Of a DNA stretch of 64,000 bases, positions 27,241 to 41,637 are shown in pieces (within the stretch, counting starts at the first letter, position 1; every line of letters begins with the position of its first letter). The stretch spans positions 639,036 through 703,035 of the forward strand of contig JAAOMT010000276.1 in assembly GCA_016748015.1 (NCBI GenBank), given 5' to 3'. The DNA is from Geosiphon pyriformis uo1 (taxonomy: Eukaryota > Fungi > Glomeromycota). A program made the translations under genes and the position numbers. Under the pieces are notes generated by a model. The model made no database searches. It was not told where the DNA came from and worked only from the letters and a program-made list of their open reading frames with translations.

Positions 27241-30200
27241 TTTTTTTTATTGCAAATTTAATGAGTGCAGCCCAACCACTATCTAAATACATAAAATCAA
27301 ACAAAATTTCAATTTAAATGTGGCTCATGCATTTTCCACATGTAACTGAACACTTGGCCCAATTAAGGCAGCACTATGCACATACAGGATCTGTCAAAGA
27401 AATACTACCCAAGAAACCAAAACCTAGACTAGCAAGACAAGGATACAGGTCAAAACACAATGAACACCCAACCTGAAACTGAACTTGCAGATGATACCAG
27501 CACCCATAAGCTCAATAAACCACCAACTGATAGCACAGCAGATCTATCTTGTAGTAAAAGGTTGCACTTTTTGTAGAAGGCTCTTAGTTTAGCAGCAAAC
27601 AGCCAAATATTTGATTTATGACTTTTAGCAATATTACGGACCAATCTGACAATCAAGCTATCACCAAAAGTCAAACCAAGACACAAGATAACATCTGACA
27701 CCCAGCTTTTTAGTACAAACCCCTTGGCCAACAACATATAAAGACCATCAGAAGACTTAGCCTTACTCAAGGATTGCATTACCCCACTACCTAAAGTGAA
27801 ATCACCAGCCATCTTATACCACTTTATGCCAATGTTCGACAGTATATCCAGCCTGGCTGTATCATCATGCTTATACAAAAACAAGTGATCAGAGTTTTCA
27901 ATCATTCCATACTTAATGCACACCACGCTAGGATATTTAGGATCATACAATCTTTTTCTCGTGGCGATTGACAAGTGACAATGTATAAACTTCATTAAGT
28001 AAAACCATAAAAAAGCAGAAGATGAGCTGGTATAATCAGAGCAAATTTTACCATTAGGGTGCCAAACACTAAAGGACTTGGATAAGTCAATGTTATTAGT
28101 AAAATTAACATCTACAATGCTGGTCCCAAATTTGAACTCCCAACTGACAAAATTGACAGCATCAAACAATTTTCTAACAAAATAACACACATTCTTAGAA
28201 ACAGGCTTGTTCTTAACACTAAAGAAGTGACATGGCATGCTTAAAGGCAAAACAGACTTAAACAAAGTTGTCGCATTCACAAAAAAATCCACACACTTAT
28301 TCTTGATAACACCTAAATGTTCTTTGACTTTTTTCCATGTGACTGCCAAATTCTTATTTGAAATAACATGACAAATATGCTCTTTCTCAATCCAGCATTT
28401 GCATTGAAAATTAAGACCACAACTACCTATATCAAATTTGCATATGTCCAATGATGTCTAACTGTTCGTAAACAAGATAACTGTGCTGGATTCAAAAATA
28501 CACTCCAATGCTAAAGCAATGACTTGTAACTCCACCAATATAGAGAACAGCAATCTAAAAATTCTTATACCAATACTAGTGTTGGCTTTTGGAAAATAAG
28601 CTGCAGCACCACTACAGGCACCAATAGACCCCAAACCCTTGACAGAACCATCTATGTAAACATTAATGGAACCATGTCCAGTGGCAAGCAACTGCTCAGA
28701 CACAAAACCAGTATCCCAAACAACATTAACAGAAGCAGAACAAAATGCCACAACCATGTTATTGCTCAAACCACCAAACTTAACAAAATTGGAAACTAAC
28801 ACAAACCAGGCAGGAATTGAACCTCTGAAATCAAGCCTTTTTCACCTATAAAAAGTGTTCCAAGTAAAACACTCATTATGATGATCTAACAGTTGGTCGG
28901 CAAAAACGAGGCCATATCTCCTGAGAGAATTCTTCACAACCAGGTAACCACTCACACCCAACACATTCAGAATTGGCACACTAGACCCAGCTCTAAAAAC
29001 ATTAGGGAGAGCACCATTCAAAGAAGTGTTGCACAAAGCAAGAGCAAGTGTAGTACCAGCTAAAAAACAATTCAAAGAACTAATAAACAACATGACCAGA
29101 AAACAGAAAGGGTACTGGGACATCCAGCTGGCCATTTGTAAGTCCATTGCCCTGTGTTCAAAAAACCTGCTGAGAGTCCCACCCGCATTGCTAAAATTGA
29201 CCAAATTGGCCATCAAACTTTCAGTGAGCACTTGTTCAAAAGGCTTCAGGCCATACAACATAAGAGATGCAATGCTACATTAAGAAAATTCTTAGGCAAA
29301 TTCACTTTGAGTTTAAGTCCCTTTCTCAATAACTTGTTCTATTTTTTATAAACACTCTTAGATACAAAGCTAAATTAAAGTCTGTAGCAGACAATAGGCT
29401 GCAGAACAGCAGAAACCAGATATAAAAATTGTTTTTTAGTGATGGCCTTTCTTAGAACTACATTCGAAAAAAATCTGATGTCAGCATGAGCCTTGGTGAG
29501 ACTTGGCTTGGACAATCTCTTAGTAGACAAAAAAATTCCCAAATAATGATGAGATTCACCCCTCTTAGCCATAGAAATCCTTAACCCACTAATGGACAGT
29601 TCAGCATCCCAAACACCTTGGTTAATAGGGATGGTAACAGTCTTGTTAGCATTTATTAAGATGTTATTAATAGAAAAAAATTCACTAACTATGTTTAAAA
29701 TGTTCTGCATTGTCATCAAGCAGTTTTCAATCCAGATTGTGTTATCAACAAAGGCACCTGCAACAAAGAATGAAATACTGTTACTGTTTGGGTTAGCCTT
29801 ACCAGACTTAGTATAAAACTTCAAACACATTCTGTAGTCATACAACTGTTCATGTTTTTTGACTTTACATAGCAATGGATTGTAAAAGATTCGCCACAGT
29901 AGAGATGAAAACATTTTTCTTTGATCCAGACCATCATGTACAATATAACTATCAAACAGACCAAAATCTATCATAATCTGATTGAATCTCCTATTGTATA
30001 TACCACCAAAAAAACTTATGAAGTGAAGACACATTTTGATCCTGATCAAACTATTGTGCAGATGAGTCCAACCAACAGAGTCATATGCTTTGTGCATATC
30101 TTAAAGAACCAACCACAATTCTCTGTTTTTCTCCAAAGCATTTTCAACAATTAAGCCAACAGCAAAAATGAGGGATTGTGTGGAAGTACTCTTTAGCACT

Positions 30201-33200
30201 GAGAAGTTGTTATCATGCAAGATGTTATACTTACTACAAGCCAAAGATATTCTGTCTGAGAGAATTTTAGACAAGATCTTTCATGTAGTCTCAATAAGCA
30301 CTATTGGTCTAGTGTTGGTGAGAATACCCTCCCAATTGTATGGTTTAGGAATCATGGAAACCCAAGATTTCCTCTACTGTATAGAAACATTACCAGATTT
30401 CAAACACCTATTGAGAATGCTTAGAAGACCATTGAGAGCCAGGGAACCACTATGCTTTCAGAGTTTATTGAGAATTCCAGAAAGCCCAACAGCCTTACCA
30501 TCAGACAATTCTTTAACAATCACCAAAAGTTTGTCCAAACTGATATCACACATGACTTTTGAGAACACATCATTGTTAACATAGTCTAATGGAGTGTATT
30601 GGTCAAGCCACTGACCTGGAAGAACACTAAGGACCAAGTGTTTCTTTGTCCAACTTTTTATTATAGTATCAACTGAAGACTTGACAGCCTAAGGCTCCAA
30701 GATAAGCTCATTATCAACAATCAAATGATTAAGAACCACCTTCCTGAAGGGCCAATCTAGAATGCTTTTTATTATTCTCCCCTTATCTGAGCAGAAATTT
30801 TCTATGCGCTTTGCCACAGCCATTTTGATGGACTCATTTTTGGCAATCCTAGATTCATGATATTTAGACCTGTGGTATTCTTTCTTAACAACTGAAATGT
30901 GACGCACAATATTTTCAATCTTAGTGCCTTTATTAATTATAACCCAAATCTTGGATGCTCTATTATCATCTAAGCCCATCCAAGTATCAACAAAGCAGTC
31001 AGTTTCCGAACTCAAACCTGTTTTTATACTGTTAACAATCTTGGACATTAACATTTCTAACCCATGAAATTTCAAAGAAGTCTTATTTCTTGTGCTATCG
31101 AATTTACTAAACCAAAGTCTAGAGAAGATTACATTAGCAAAATCTATCATCACATCTCTGAGAACATTTTACATGCCATCCAAATCACCACTACACTTCA
31201 CATCATATAACACAACTGATCTCTCTAGAAACTTGGTCGAAAAGCACTTCATAAAACACTCCCAATTATCAGTGTTCACATTTTTCAGCTTAAATTTCTA
31301 GCAATTCTTATTAGCATTCCTACAAATATCATCCAAACACACATCCAAAAAACCACCCAAGCCCACCGATACCAAAACAGCTCTATAATCAGTGTCAAAA
31401 AATTCAGTTACAGATTTCACTCTGTGACCGGCCGTAGCTGAGATCAGGCTTTCACTAACAAAAATATGATCAATGACTTTTTTAGCACCTCTCGAATTGC
31501 TCCATGTTAACGCATCAGCCAAAGAATGTCCACCAAAAAAATTAACCAAACCCAAACTCAAACAGAACCCGAAACTTGCATTCCTTATTGACTTGCTCTC
31601 ATTGAAATCACCACCCAAAACAACAAAACTACTAGAATTGACCACCTGAGCTATGAAAAAATTAATACAAGGCACTTGTCTAAACCAGTTTCCAGAAGAA
31701 GCACAAACATACAAACCAACAATCAATACTGAAATCTTGTCTTTGAAAAGAAGATGCACCAAAATAGCACAATCAGGAATCTCCTCTACTTTAGATACAT
31801 GTCGAACCAAAAGATTGTCCATAATTATTGCCATCCCAGCTTCAAAGAATCCATTATCTAAGCCAAATGTGAAAATGCACACTTCATCAAACCTGTTTAT
31901 AATTTATGGTCTAACATTAAACCTCAATTTCATTTCTGTAATGATAGATATCATATTGTTAGATTCCTTATGCCAACAAACAACATCTTCTTGCTTAGCA
32001 GGGACATTAAGACCCCAAACATTGCATGTAGCAAACTTTCACACTAGCTCTATCATTGAGAAGAGAGAGCATTAGGAACTAAACCAGTATTGTCAATTTT
32101 GGCCGAGAGGCTCATAACTGTGATTGAAAGATTCCTCAAAGTTTTTTCCATTTTAGAGACAACCGAAGATTCACAAACTGCCACTCCTGCTATAGTCTCA
32201 CTACCAGTGACCACACCTGAACTCTCACTCATCATTATATCTGCCCCTTAATTCTGTAATGAAGGAGTTACCAATGGCTGACATTTAGGGCTAGGCTGGG
32301 AAACCATTGGCCCAGATGAATCTAATCTTTTAGCTAATCTGTCAATGCATTCTTAAGAGCAGCAAACCTATTATTTAGTTTCATAGACACCACCGGAGTA
32401 GGTTTCATTTCTGAAGAGGAACCAGAAGAAGCTGAGCCATTGCATACAGAGAGAGGAGAGAATAAAAACTCACCAACAATATTGGCCCATAAGATACCAC
32501 CAAAAGAAACAGGACAGAAGATTGGAGCAGAGCATCTAGCATAAATAAAAGCCAGCCTGTTTTTATCATCATTCAACAATATTCTGTGAGTAGGCCCACC
32601 AGGAGAAGTCTTTCCATTCACAGAGCAATCTAGAGATGTGTAACCCAAATTCTCATACTTAGCATACTTAGCAGAAATCAGATAAGACCAATGCAAATTG
32701 GCACCTTTCAAGACAAATGTAGTCTCCATAACAGCATCAATTGAAGCAGCAAAGTTAAAACAAATAATAGCACACCTGGTCTGGGCATATGTAATAGGGT
32801 GTTAATTGATAACACATGTTTTTCTACTTACAGAACCAATGAAGTCCCAGATATCATGAGCATTTGTGCCTATTGGCAGTATGTAAAGCAAAGCCTTATG
32901 CTGATCTTTTGTATCCCATAATTCCTTGTCTATATTGGCCTTGATCACTTTTATAGTATCTTTCCCAATCAAGATAGATTATCTAGCTGCGACCAAATCA
33001 GCCTAATTTGATTGGGCAAACTCAATCACAGCCTTTTGTCATAGCCCTACTAATTGTATTTTGATTGACACAACAGAACCAAATTCAGAAAGTGCAGCAT
33101 GCACAGCCTCAGCAAATGTTTCAACTGGAATTTTTTTGACCACCACAGCCCAATCTGAACAACTAGTAGATTTTTTGAGATCAATGTTTACTAGAATTTT

Positions 33201-33963
33201 TGCTTTTTCAGCCTTTTTTAAAGCCTGTGCCAAGCTTGATTCGAAAGTAAATAATGCTCTAATAATCCCAACAAATTTTGAGGAAGTAAAGACTTCCCCA
33301 AAACCATTAATTTTTGAAAATAGCCTCTTGACCACTTGTAGCTTTTTCTGAGAAGATTTCCCAACCATCTTGTCCAACCCAATATCTAAAGCAAAGGATT
33401 TATAAACAGAAATGTTGACCAGATTTTTGAGAGGTGAGAGAAGTTTCAATGGGACATCCAAGAGAATATCATCATCAACATCATTAAATGAAAAATTTAT
33501 TTTACTCAATGGCTTGCCTAATGCTTTTTTGGTTTTGACCTTTGAACTAGTAAGTGTCTGATTAGGATCCCTTTCAACAAGAGCACCACCTTCACCATAA
33601 TCAAAACTGGTTTCCTCCACCAGACATTTCTCCTTCATATTAATACTATCAGACTTGGTGGTGTCACCAGTCTCAAACTCCATGAGTGACTATTCTGAAT
33701 CTTAGAACCAACACCTTTATTACCAGAACCATCTTCCAGAACACCACCTCTCCTTTTTTCCCTCAGAAGAACAGGCCTAAAACCATTATTAGAACCAGAA
33801 ACTTTAACAGTCTTCTTCATGACAGCAATACTATAGCCAACAGTGGTCTCATAGTCAAAAATAAAGAGTTTGAATTTATCATACTAAATTGTAAAAAAAC
33901 TTCTTTCAAAAAACTTTGACTCTTTTCTTGAAAATTTGGGACATAAGAGAGAAAGAAGTTTTT
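27241..33963 (-). mobile_element. LINE-2: full-length degenerate non-LTR retrotransposon (about 6.7 kb) inserted in the Tc1 transposase
   Basis: 8-bp TSD atcttatt at 27234-27241 and 33964-33971; poly(A). ORF1 33820-32053; ORF2 32056-27374 with endonuclease (GGDFN, IDHIFVS, DTDY), RT (KAYDSVGW, DGLDQ, AFVDN), RNase H (VYIDGS, ELQVIALALEC) and C-terminal Cys motif. Confidence 0.93.
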
Positions 33964-34839
33964 ATCTTATTAATTCAATTAAAATAGATCAAAAAATATT
34001 TTGCCACTTTTTTTTATAAACTCTTTTAATTTATTTCAATTTTTGAGCATATAATTCTTCACATTTTTTTTATAATAGTCTATAAGTTTTTAATAAAATT
34101 TAAATTAAGATTATTAAATAACCAAGTTATAATTTTAAATATATTCTCTTAAAAAAAACTTTAATTAGATAGTTTATGTGTTTTGAATTATTGTTCTGTT
34201 AAAACTACTACTTATTTTTTAATATTTTTTTTATCTTAGATAAATGTTCATAAATAATTTTTACATAAAACTTAGCATCTATTATTTAAGTAAAACAAAA
34301 TAAATTTGCTTTTTTTTTTTATAAAAATTATTTAATGTTATAATTTTTGTTTGATTTTTTGGTATAAAATAAATTGGTTATTGGTTTTTATATTAATGTT
34401 CTACTGTATTTTGGAATAGACAAAAAGTTAATTTATTTGAAAAACCTGTTTTTTTTAATTATTATTGAGATGTTTTTAAGACTATTTTATATAATTTTTT
34501 TTGTAAATATTAGTAAATATTGAAGTTGTTAAAAACAAATCTTTTTTATATTCATAATTAATTATATGTTTTTAGATAATACTAAAAAAACATATATTTT
34601 TTTTTTTGTTAATTTTATTTTTAAAGTTCTTAAAATTATTGAAAAATTTTAATAGAAATATTGTCTTAATGTTTGTAATATATTTTTTTTAATTTTTTAT
34701 GGCTAATTATTTTCATTTTTATACTTTACTATTTCTGTTTTTTAAGTTTTTTAAAAATATTATAAATAATAAAATATAATATATTTGTTGTTGTTTTATT
34801 TTAATTGTGTTTTATATTTTTTTATTCTAAAAATATAAT

Positions 34840-37800
34840 AAAACTTCTTTCTCTCTTACCTCCAAATAATCCTTAAAAAGCATGTTTCAAAAGAAGTTTT
34901 TTTTTTCTGTTATTTCATACTGTTTTCTATCTCTTTACAAGAAACAAATCCTTTTGTTGTTGACCTGGCTGCTCTCATAAGTGGTACTGGTGCTAAAAGA
35001 AGGTCGATCAGAGTTCCAACTTCTGGTTCAGGTAGTAATAGTTCAAGTCTTATGGTCAAGAAACCTTCTGGTGGTGCTAAGATATCAAGTAAAGGTGCGG
35101 CTCTCAAAAGTGGTGGATCTAGTCAAGTGGTCGGGCAGTTCAATAGCATGGATACTGATGGGGAGGCTTCCAAAGGTGATGGAGTATTTGATTCCAAGAT
35201 AAATACACCCCAGGCTAAGTGTTTCAATAATAATACAATCATTGGATCCCCTCTCGGCTCTATTAATTTTGAAATGGAAGAAAAAGAAGAGGTTTTTCTT
35301 CTGCAGCACATTTTTATTTTAACCAAACTTTTCTTAAGATGATCCCAACCGACTGAGTCATATGCTTTTTGCATGTCTTGCAAAACCAGCCAGAGCTCCC
35401 AGTTTTTTTCAAGAGCATCCTCAATCACCAAACCAATTGCAAAAATGGGAGACTGAGTTGTAATGCCTTTGAGAACTGAAAAATTGTCCTCACAAAGAAT
35501 GTCAAACTTGCTATATGCCAAAGAGATCCTATCAGATAGAATCTTGGAAAGAATTTTTCAAGCCGTTTCAATCAGAGCAATAGAATGAATGTTTGTAAGC
35601 ATGCCCTTCCATTCATAAGATTTGGGAATCATTGACACCCAAGCTTCTTTCCAAGCACTGGACACAAACTTTTCACAAAGACAATAATTAAAAAGCACCA
35701 AGAGCATATCAAGTACAGATTTGTCACAATGCTTCCAAAGTTCATTGGAGATGCCTGAGAGACCAGCAGCTTTCCCGTCAGGTAGATCAGAGACCACGCC
35801 AGACATCTCATCAAAACTAACACAGCTTATTACATCTAAAAAAGCACCATCAAACACGTAATTCAAAGGCCAATATTGGTGAGACCAATATTCTGCAATA
35901 TCAAGAACCACTTTATGCTTATGAGTCCATCCTTCCATAATTTCATCCACTTTTTTTTTAACATGATCAGGTTCCAAATACAGCTCATTACCAATGACCA
36001 AATGATTCAAAACCACCTTGCAAAAAGGCCTCTCCAAGACACTTTTAATAGTATGGCCCTTGTCAGATTCAAAGCTCTCCATCCTCTTATCAATAACAGA
36101 CCTGATTTGTGAATCTTCAGCATGTCTTGATTCTGACAACTTTGAGGCACGATAAAACTTCCTGGCTTTGGACAGAGCTGAACAAATGTTGTCAAAAGGA
36201 GACTTTGAGAGAAAAAGAGACCTCACTACAGCAGCACCAGTAGAATCAAGCAATTCCCAAGTATCAAGCAGTGATACAAACACATCACAATCAACAAAGT
36301 GGGAAGCCCTAACCAACTTGGACACCAAAAGTTCTAACTTATGGAACCTGGACGAATGCTTAGTGAAAATGCCGTCATAATCTTTAAACCATTTTTTCCT
36401 GAAAACTTCACTCGCTGAAAAGCTCACTGTTTTTCGAACAGCATCCTACATCACATCCAAATCCAACAGTTCCCTGGCAGCCAAAAAATCATCAGAAAGC
36501 ATGGCAGCATTTACTGCTGTGGCCTCCCTGAATCTCAACCACAAGGCAACACTTGCATTCTTAAAATTGTACTTCCAACAATCCCTATTGGTCTGCTTGC
36601 GAACAGAACACAAATGTGTATCCAAGAGACCACCCAAACCAATTAACGCAGAAATGGCTTGATGGTCAGTATCAAAGAAGTTGGATACATCCAGAACATC
36701 ACGATCCACAATAGCATTGACCAAATTGGGAGACACAAAAAGATAATCAATTGTTTTTGTCACATCCCGGGAATTACTCCATGTTAGAACTTTCACAAAT
36801 GGACTACCGACAAGAGAGTTGACCAGACCCAAGCTACCACACTTTCTGAAACTGGTACTTCTATGCAAACCATCTTCATTGAAGTTACCACCTAAAACCA
36901 CAAAGGATGATTCATTCACAGCACTAGCAATTAAAGCATTCATGTCATCAGTCTGAGAGAAGCACACAGAAGCTGACGCGCCAGTATACAGACCCAAAAT
37001 AGAAACCAAGAGTTTATTCCTAAAAAGCAACTTGACAGAAATAAGACGACCAAGAATCTTAGAAACTTTGCACACGTGTTTGGCCAGAGAATTGTTTATA
37101 ACAATTGCCACACCAGAACCAAGATGACCAGAATTCAAACCAGAAATGAAGACCCGAACACCATCAAATTTGCTAGCAATCCAAGGCCGAACCTTATTTT
37201 TTAACTTTGTTTCAGTAACAATTGAAACTAAATTGTTCATATCTCTGTGCCAACGTATAATGTCCTCTTGCTTTGCTGAATTGTTCATTCTCTTGACATT
37301 ATACGTGGCTATTTTCCACATTAACTCATTCATTGGAGTGCAAAAGAGACCGCAAAACTCGAGCCAGCACACATCTGATCTAACTTCTCCAATACCGAAC
37401 AGACCAAAGCTTCGAGAGCCACCAACTTCAACTCCAAGCAGTCCACTTTCAAAGTCAGAATTTTTGAACTACTCGAACCCAAACTTGAGGCACCAGAGGA
37501 AACCGAAGAAGGAGGAATAACCACAGAATCAGGTTCATCCAAAACCATATCCAAACCAAATTTCATATTAACTGAACCAGAGGCAACCAAGGGCTGAGAA
37601 AAAGAGGCAAGATCCAAGGGCACCAAGCTTAAACTGTCAAGTTTGTTAATAATACCAGACACCTTATCTGTGAGAAGTTCCAAAGAGCACTCCAAAGAAG
37701 CGAGACGAGTTTCCAAAATCGAACCAACAGGACCCGCGAGAGATGAGTGATCAACCAAACCTGTGGCACCAGGAGAAGAGCCAAAACCAAGACCAGAACC

Positions 37801-40800
37801 AAAGTGAGGACTATTAAACGAGAATGCTAGAAAGATGACCTGGGCTCATAATTTGCCGCCAAATGCAGCCGGTCTGGAAATAGGCACACACTTTTTCGCA
37901 TATAGCTTGGCCAACTGGAGGCAGTTCACATTAGAGACAACCTTTTTAAATGACTTGGAAAGTTTAGGAGAATGTGAAATCTCAGCATCACACTCTAGAA
38001 CAGAATGACCAAGTTTTCCACACTGTTTACACTGAACCAGATCCAATCTAGCCCAAGAAAGTTTCACCCCACCAAAAACAGGCTTAGTATGAAATGCAAA
38101 CTCCAAATCCTCATCATTTTCAAAACAAACCACAGCACAACGAACCCTATTACCAGTGTCTAAAGATCAATTTATGACACAAGTTTTCTCACCAGCCCCT
38201 GCCAAAAAATCGCCAAGATCATGAGCTGTTGTTCCCACCGGCAAAGTAAACAAAAGCACCCTATACCAATTTTTAGATGCCTACATTTCACGATCCTTTA
38301 CAGCTTTGGCCACACGCACAGAATCTTTCCCAATAAAGAATGACCATTTTGATGCTAACAGATTAGTCTGACTAGATTCGGCAAACTCCACCACAGCCTT
38401 CTGTCACAGCCCAATTAACTGAACTTTGATAGACACAATCTGACCATATTCGGATACTGTGGCGATGATCATTTCTTTTGGCGTGTTCATGGGAATTTTT
38501 TTTATCACCACAGCCCGATCTGAACACACTCCTTGTCTCTTGAGATTGGTGTTTACGATAATCCCATTTTCTCCAGCCAATGAAGCAGCTATTTTCATAC
38601 TTTCTTCTGATGTAAACATAGATCTGATGATCTCTTCAAATTTTGAGAGGGTAGTGGTCCCTCCAAAACCATTGATTCTTGAAAATAATTTTCTTATAAC
38701 ATGAGTCTTGGCCGTTGCCAATTTCCCTTCCACAGCCGAAAGATTGATATCCAAAGTGAAAGATTTTTTTATGGCCACATCCACCTGAGTTTTAATGATT
38801 TTGGGATCAATCCACACCTTATCCAAAGAAAAAAACTTATGGGGGAGGTTTATTAGGTTTTTTGGGAATATTCATGGTGGTTGCACCAACCGGATTATGA
38901 CTGATTTTGGTTTGACAAATGGTTACCATGTACACAATAACTTGGACCAAAGGGAGGTGTTTTCGTCTCTTCTTTGGCATATATTTTATGATCCTCTCTT
39001 GTGTGAAGTTAAGAGGCAGAAGAGTGTGTGTGGTTACAGGTTAAATTCTCATTTTGTTGCTAAGATGGGCCATGTAGAGTCTCAGGCTGGTTTGTCGTCT
39101 TTCTTTGCTGCTGGTGCTTTTGTGGACGATACAATCTGGGTGGGTAGCAGTCAGACTGCCACTCAACACATTTTTGATGTGACTAGTGAGTTTTTTCGCA
39201 TCAATGATATTTCAATTAATAATGATAAGACAGTGGCCATTCCAATTAATAGCCATGTTAGTGCACCTTCTCTTTTTATTAGTGGGTCCCCTATTTTAAT
39301 AGCTAAATCAGGCAAATCACATCGTTATCTGGGTATCTTTGTGTCATCTGAAGGACTGTCAAAGCCCAGCCTGGCAAAAGCCCATTCAGATGTTCGTTTT
39401 TTTATCAACTTGGTTCTAAGAAAGACTGTATTGGACAAACAATTTTTATATTTAGTGTCAGCTGTCCTCCACCCTATCATTGGTTATAGGACTCAGTTTA
39501 GTTTTGTTCCTATCAGTGTGTGTAATAAGTGGGATGCTTTGATTTGTAGGGGCTTGAAATCCAAGTCTGGATTATCTCTTGATTTTCCTAGTGACACGAT
39601 TCATCACCCTTTATTCTATGGATTGAAATCTTTCATCCAAATTCAATCGGAGAGTAAAGTCACTTCCCTTATTTGTTTTGCAAACTCAGTGGGAATCTTG
39701 GGTTGCCTATTCTCCCACAGGTCTCATGACTTACAAGTTTTGAGCTGGTGTCCTGTTCATTTTTTGAGTGTTCTTGTTCATGTTTGAGTTAGCCCTTTGA
39801 ATAATTTCTTAGTGGGTGTTGTTTGTGTTCTCCTCGATTGCAATTTATCTTTGAGTGGTTCTTTTGTTAATCCATTTCGGCTTTGTGGTGGAGTACTCAT
39901 GTTTATCATTCTCGGTGAGTCTAGATTTGTCAAGTTCCTTCCTTTACTCCAGTGATATGGCATCACCTTTGTTGAACAACTCCGTGATCATCATGGTGCC
40001 GTGTTTAACTGGTACAAATTCAAGCAGTGGAAGAGGCTGGACCCCCGTGGCCCAACTCCTGAGTGGTTCATGCTTTCTGTCGAGTTCCTGTCTAATACGT
40101 TTTCTTCTCGTGCCCCTTTTCCTGCTTTGGTTAATATGAGTTTTCAGAGTATTCTCATCTCTTCTGACTTTGTGTTGGTTCGTGATTGGCTTTTCCAAGT
40201 TCTTTTTAGTAGCATTTCTGTTTACACAAATGGGTCTTTGACAAACCTTGGTACCAAGAATTGCATGGCTGGGGCTGGTGTTTTTTTCAGTGACATTGAT
40301 CTGGGTTTGGGTGTTAAGGTTTCAGATCTGCTGTCTTCTACTTTGGTGGAAATACAAGCTATTGTGCTGACATTGGAGTGTGTCCCCCATTCTAGTTTTG
40401 TTTGTCTGTTCTCTGATAGTCAAGCTGCTCTAGATGCCTACAAGTCGGAATTGGGTCTGGTGCATCCAGATTTTCGCAACTGTTGTTGGGTCGAACACCA
40501 ACATATTGTGAACATTATTCGTGGCAAAAATTTGATGGTTGAATGGCACAAAGTGAAAGGTCACTCTGGTGTGATTGGAAATGAACGTGCTGATGCTATA
40601 GCTGGGGCTTCTTCTCACTTGGGCTGGTTCCTTCCTTCTCAATTGCATGTGTGCTTCTTGTTGGCAGATGGTGGGACTGTTTCTGGCAATTTTAGGCATT
40701 TTGTTTGTGATATTTTTTGTTCTGTTAGTCGTGCACACTGGGAGATTGGTTCTGGTTCCAAATTTCTGCCTGCCAGTTTGGTCATGGACATTGATTGGTC

Positions 40801-41637
40801 CTGCTCCTCACTGGTATGGCACCCTGATTCACACATGGCCGCTGGCCACACTAGCAAGTGCACAGCAGATGTGCACAGTTTCTTCATAAAGGCATTGCAC
40901 CACCAGCTGCCTGTTGCTATTCGTAAACGCTTGTACAATAGAAGATACCCCAGCATATTGTGCTTATATTGTGGTGAGGTAGAGACATCAGATCATGTTT
41001 TCTTTTGCAAAGTTGATGAATCTGCACATCTTCAGATACTGGTTACATGTTCAAATTCTTGGATGGTGCTTTCTGGCCTGTCTCTCTCTTCTTCCTGCGT
41101 GCTGCAATTGTTGTCTTCTTGTGCTTCTGATGTCTCTGTATTTACGGCTCTCTTTAAAGGGTTTGTTTTTAGTGAGTGGCTTTGTGAAGCTGTCTCTGTT
41201 TTCAAGTCTCACAAGATTGCTAGCTTGAATATTGTTGAGTTTGTGCATTCCCTTAGTTTTGCTTTTAGAAATGATATTTGGTTGGTTTGGGTTAAGCATC
41301 ATACATTTATGGAGAAAAATGATCTCATCCCACTTAACAGTTCAGTTTCTATCTCGGTTCCTGGCTCGGCTTCTAGGTTTTTGGCTGGTGTCATTAGGCT
41401 ACTTGGTGTGGCTGAAGCTCTTGGTATTCGTTTTGGCTTTCATAAACAATGTTTTTTCTTTTCTGGTGTTGGTGATTCTGTCTCAGTACATATAGCTGCA
41501 TAGTGTTGTCCTGATTGGTCTGAGTGGCTGGTCACATGTAGAAAAAGCATGATTCATGCTTAGTTTATGTCATTTCTTTGATATATAGTTCTAGGTAGTG
41601 TTTGGACCTCACTTATAAAACATATTAAAAAAAAAAA
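34840..41637 (+). mobile_element. LINE-3: least-decayed full-length LINE, with internal inversion 35303-38845
   Basis: 5' end and ORF1 start on plus (34840-35302). Rest of ORF1, endonuclease and RT N-terminus on minus (38845-35303). RT core (FVDD), RNase H (WHKVKGHSGVIGNERAD) and CLYCGEVETSDHVFFC on plus to the stop at 41503. 3' UTR and poly(A) at 41627-41637. Confidence 0.93.
38846..41503 (+). pseudogene. LINE-3 ORF2 C-terminal part: RT core, RNase H, zinc finger
   Basis: ORF-track 38795-39787 and 40001-41503 are in the same frame, broken by a few TGA stops at probable CGA codons. Confidence 0.9.
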
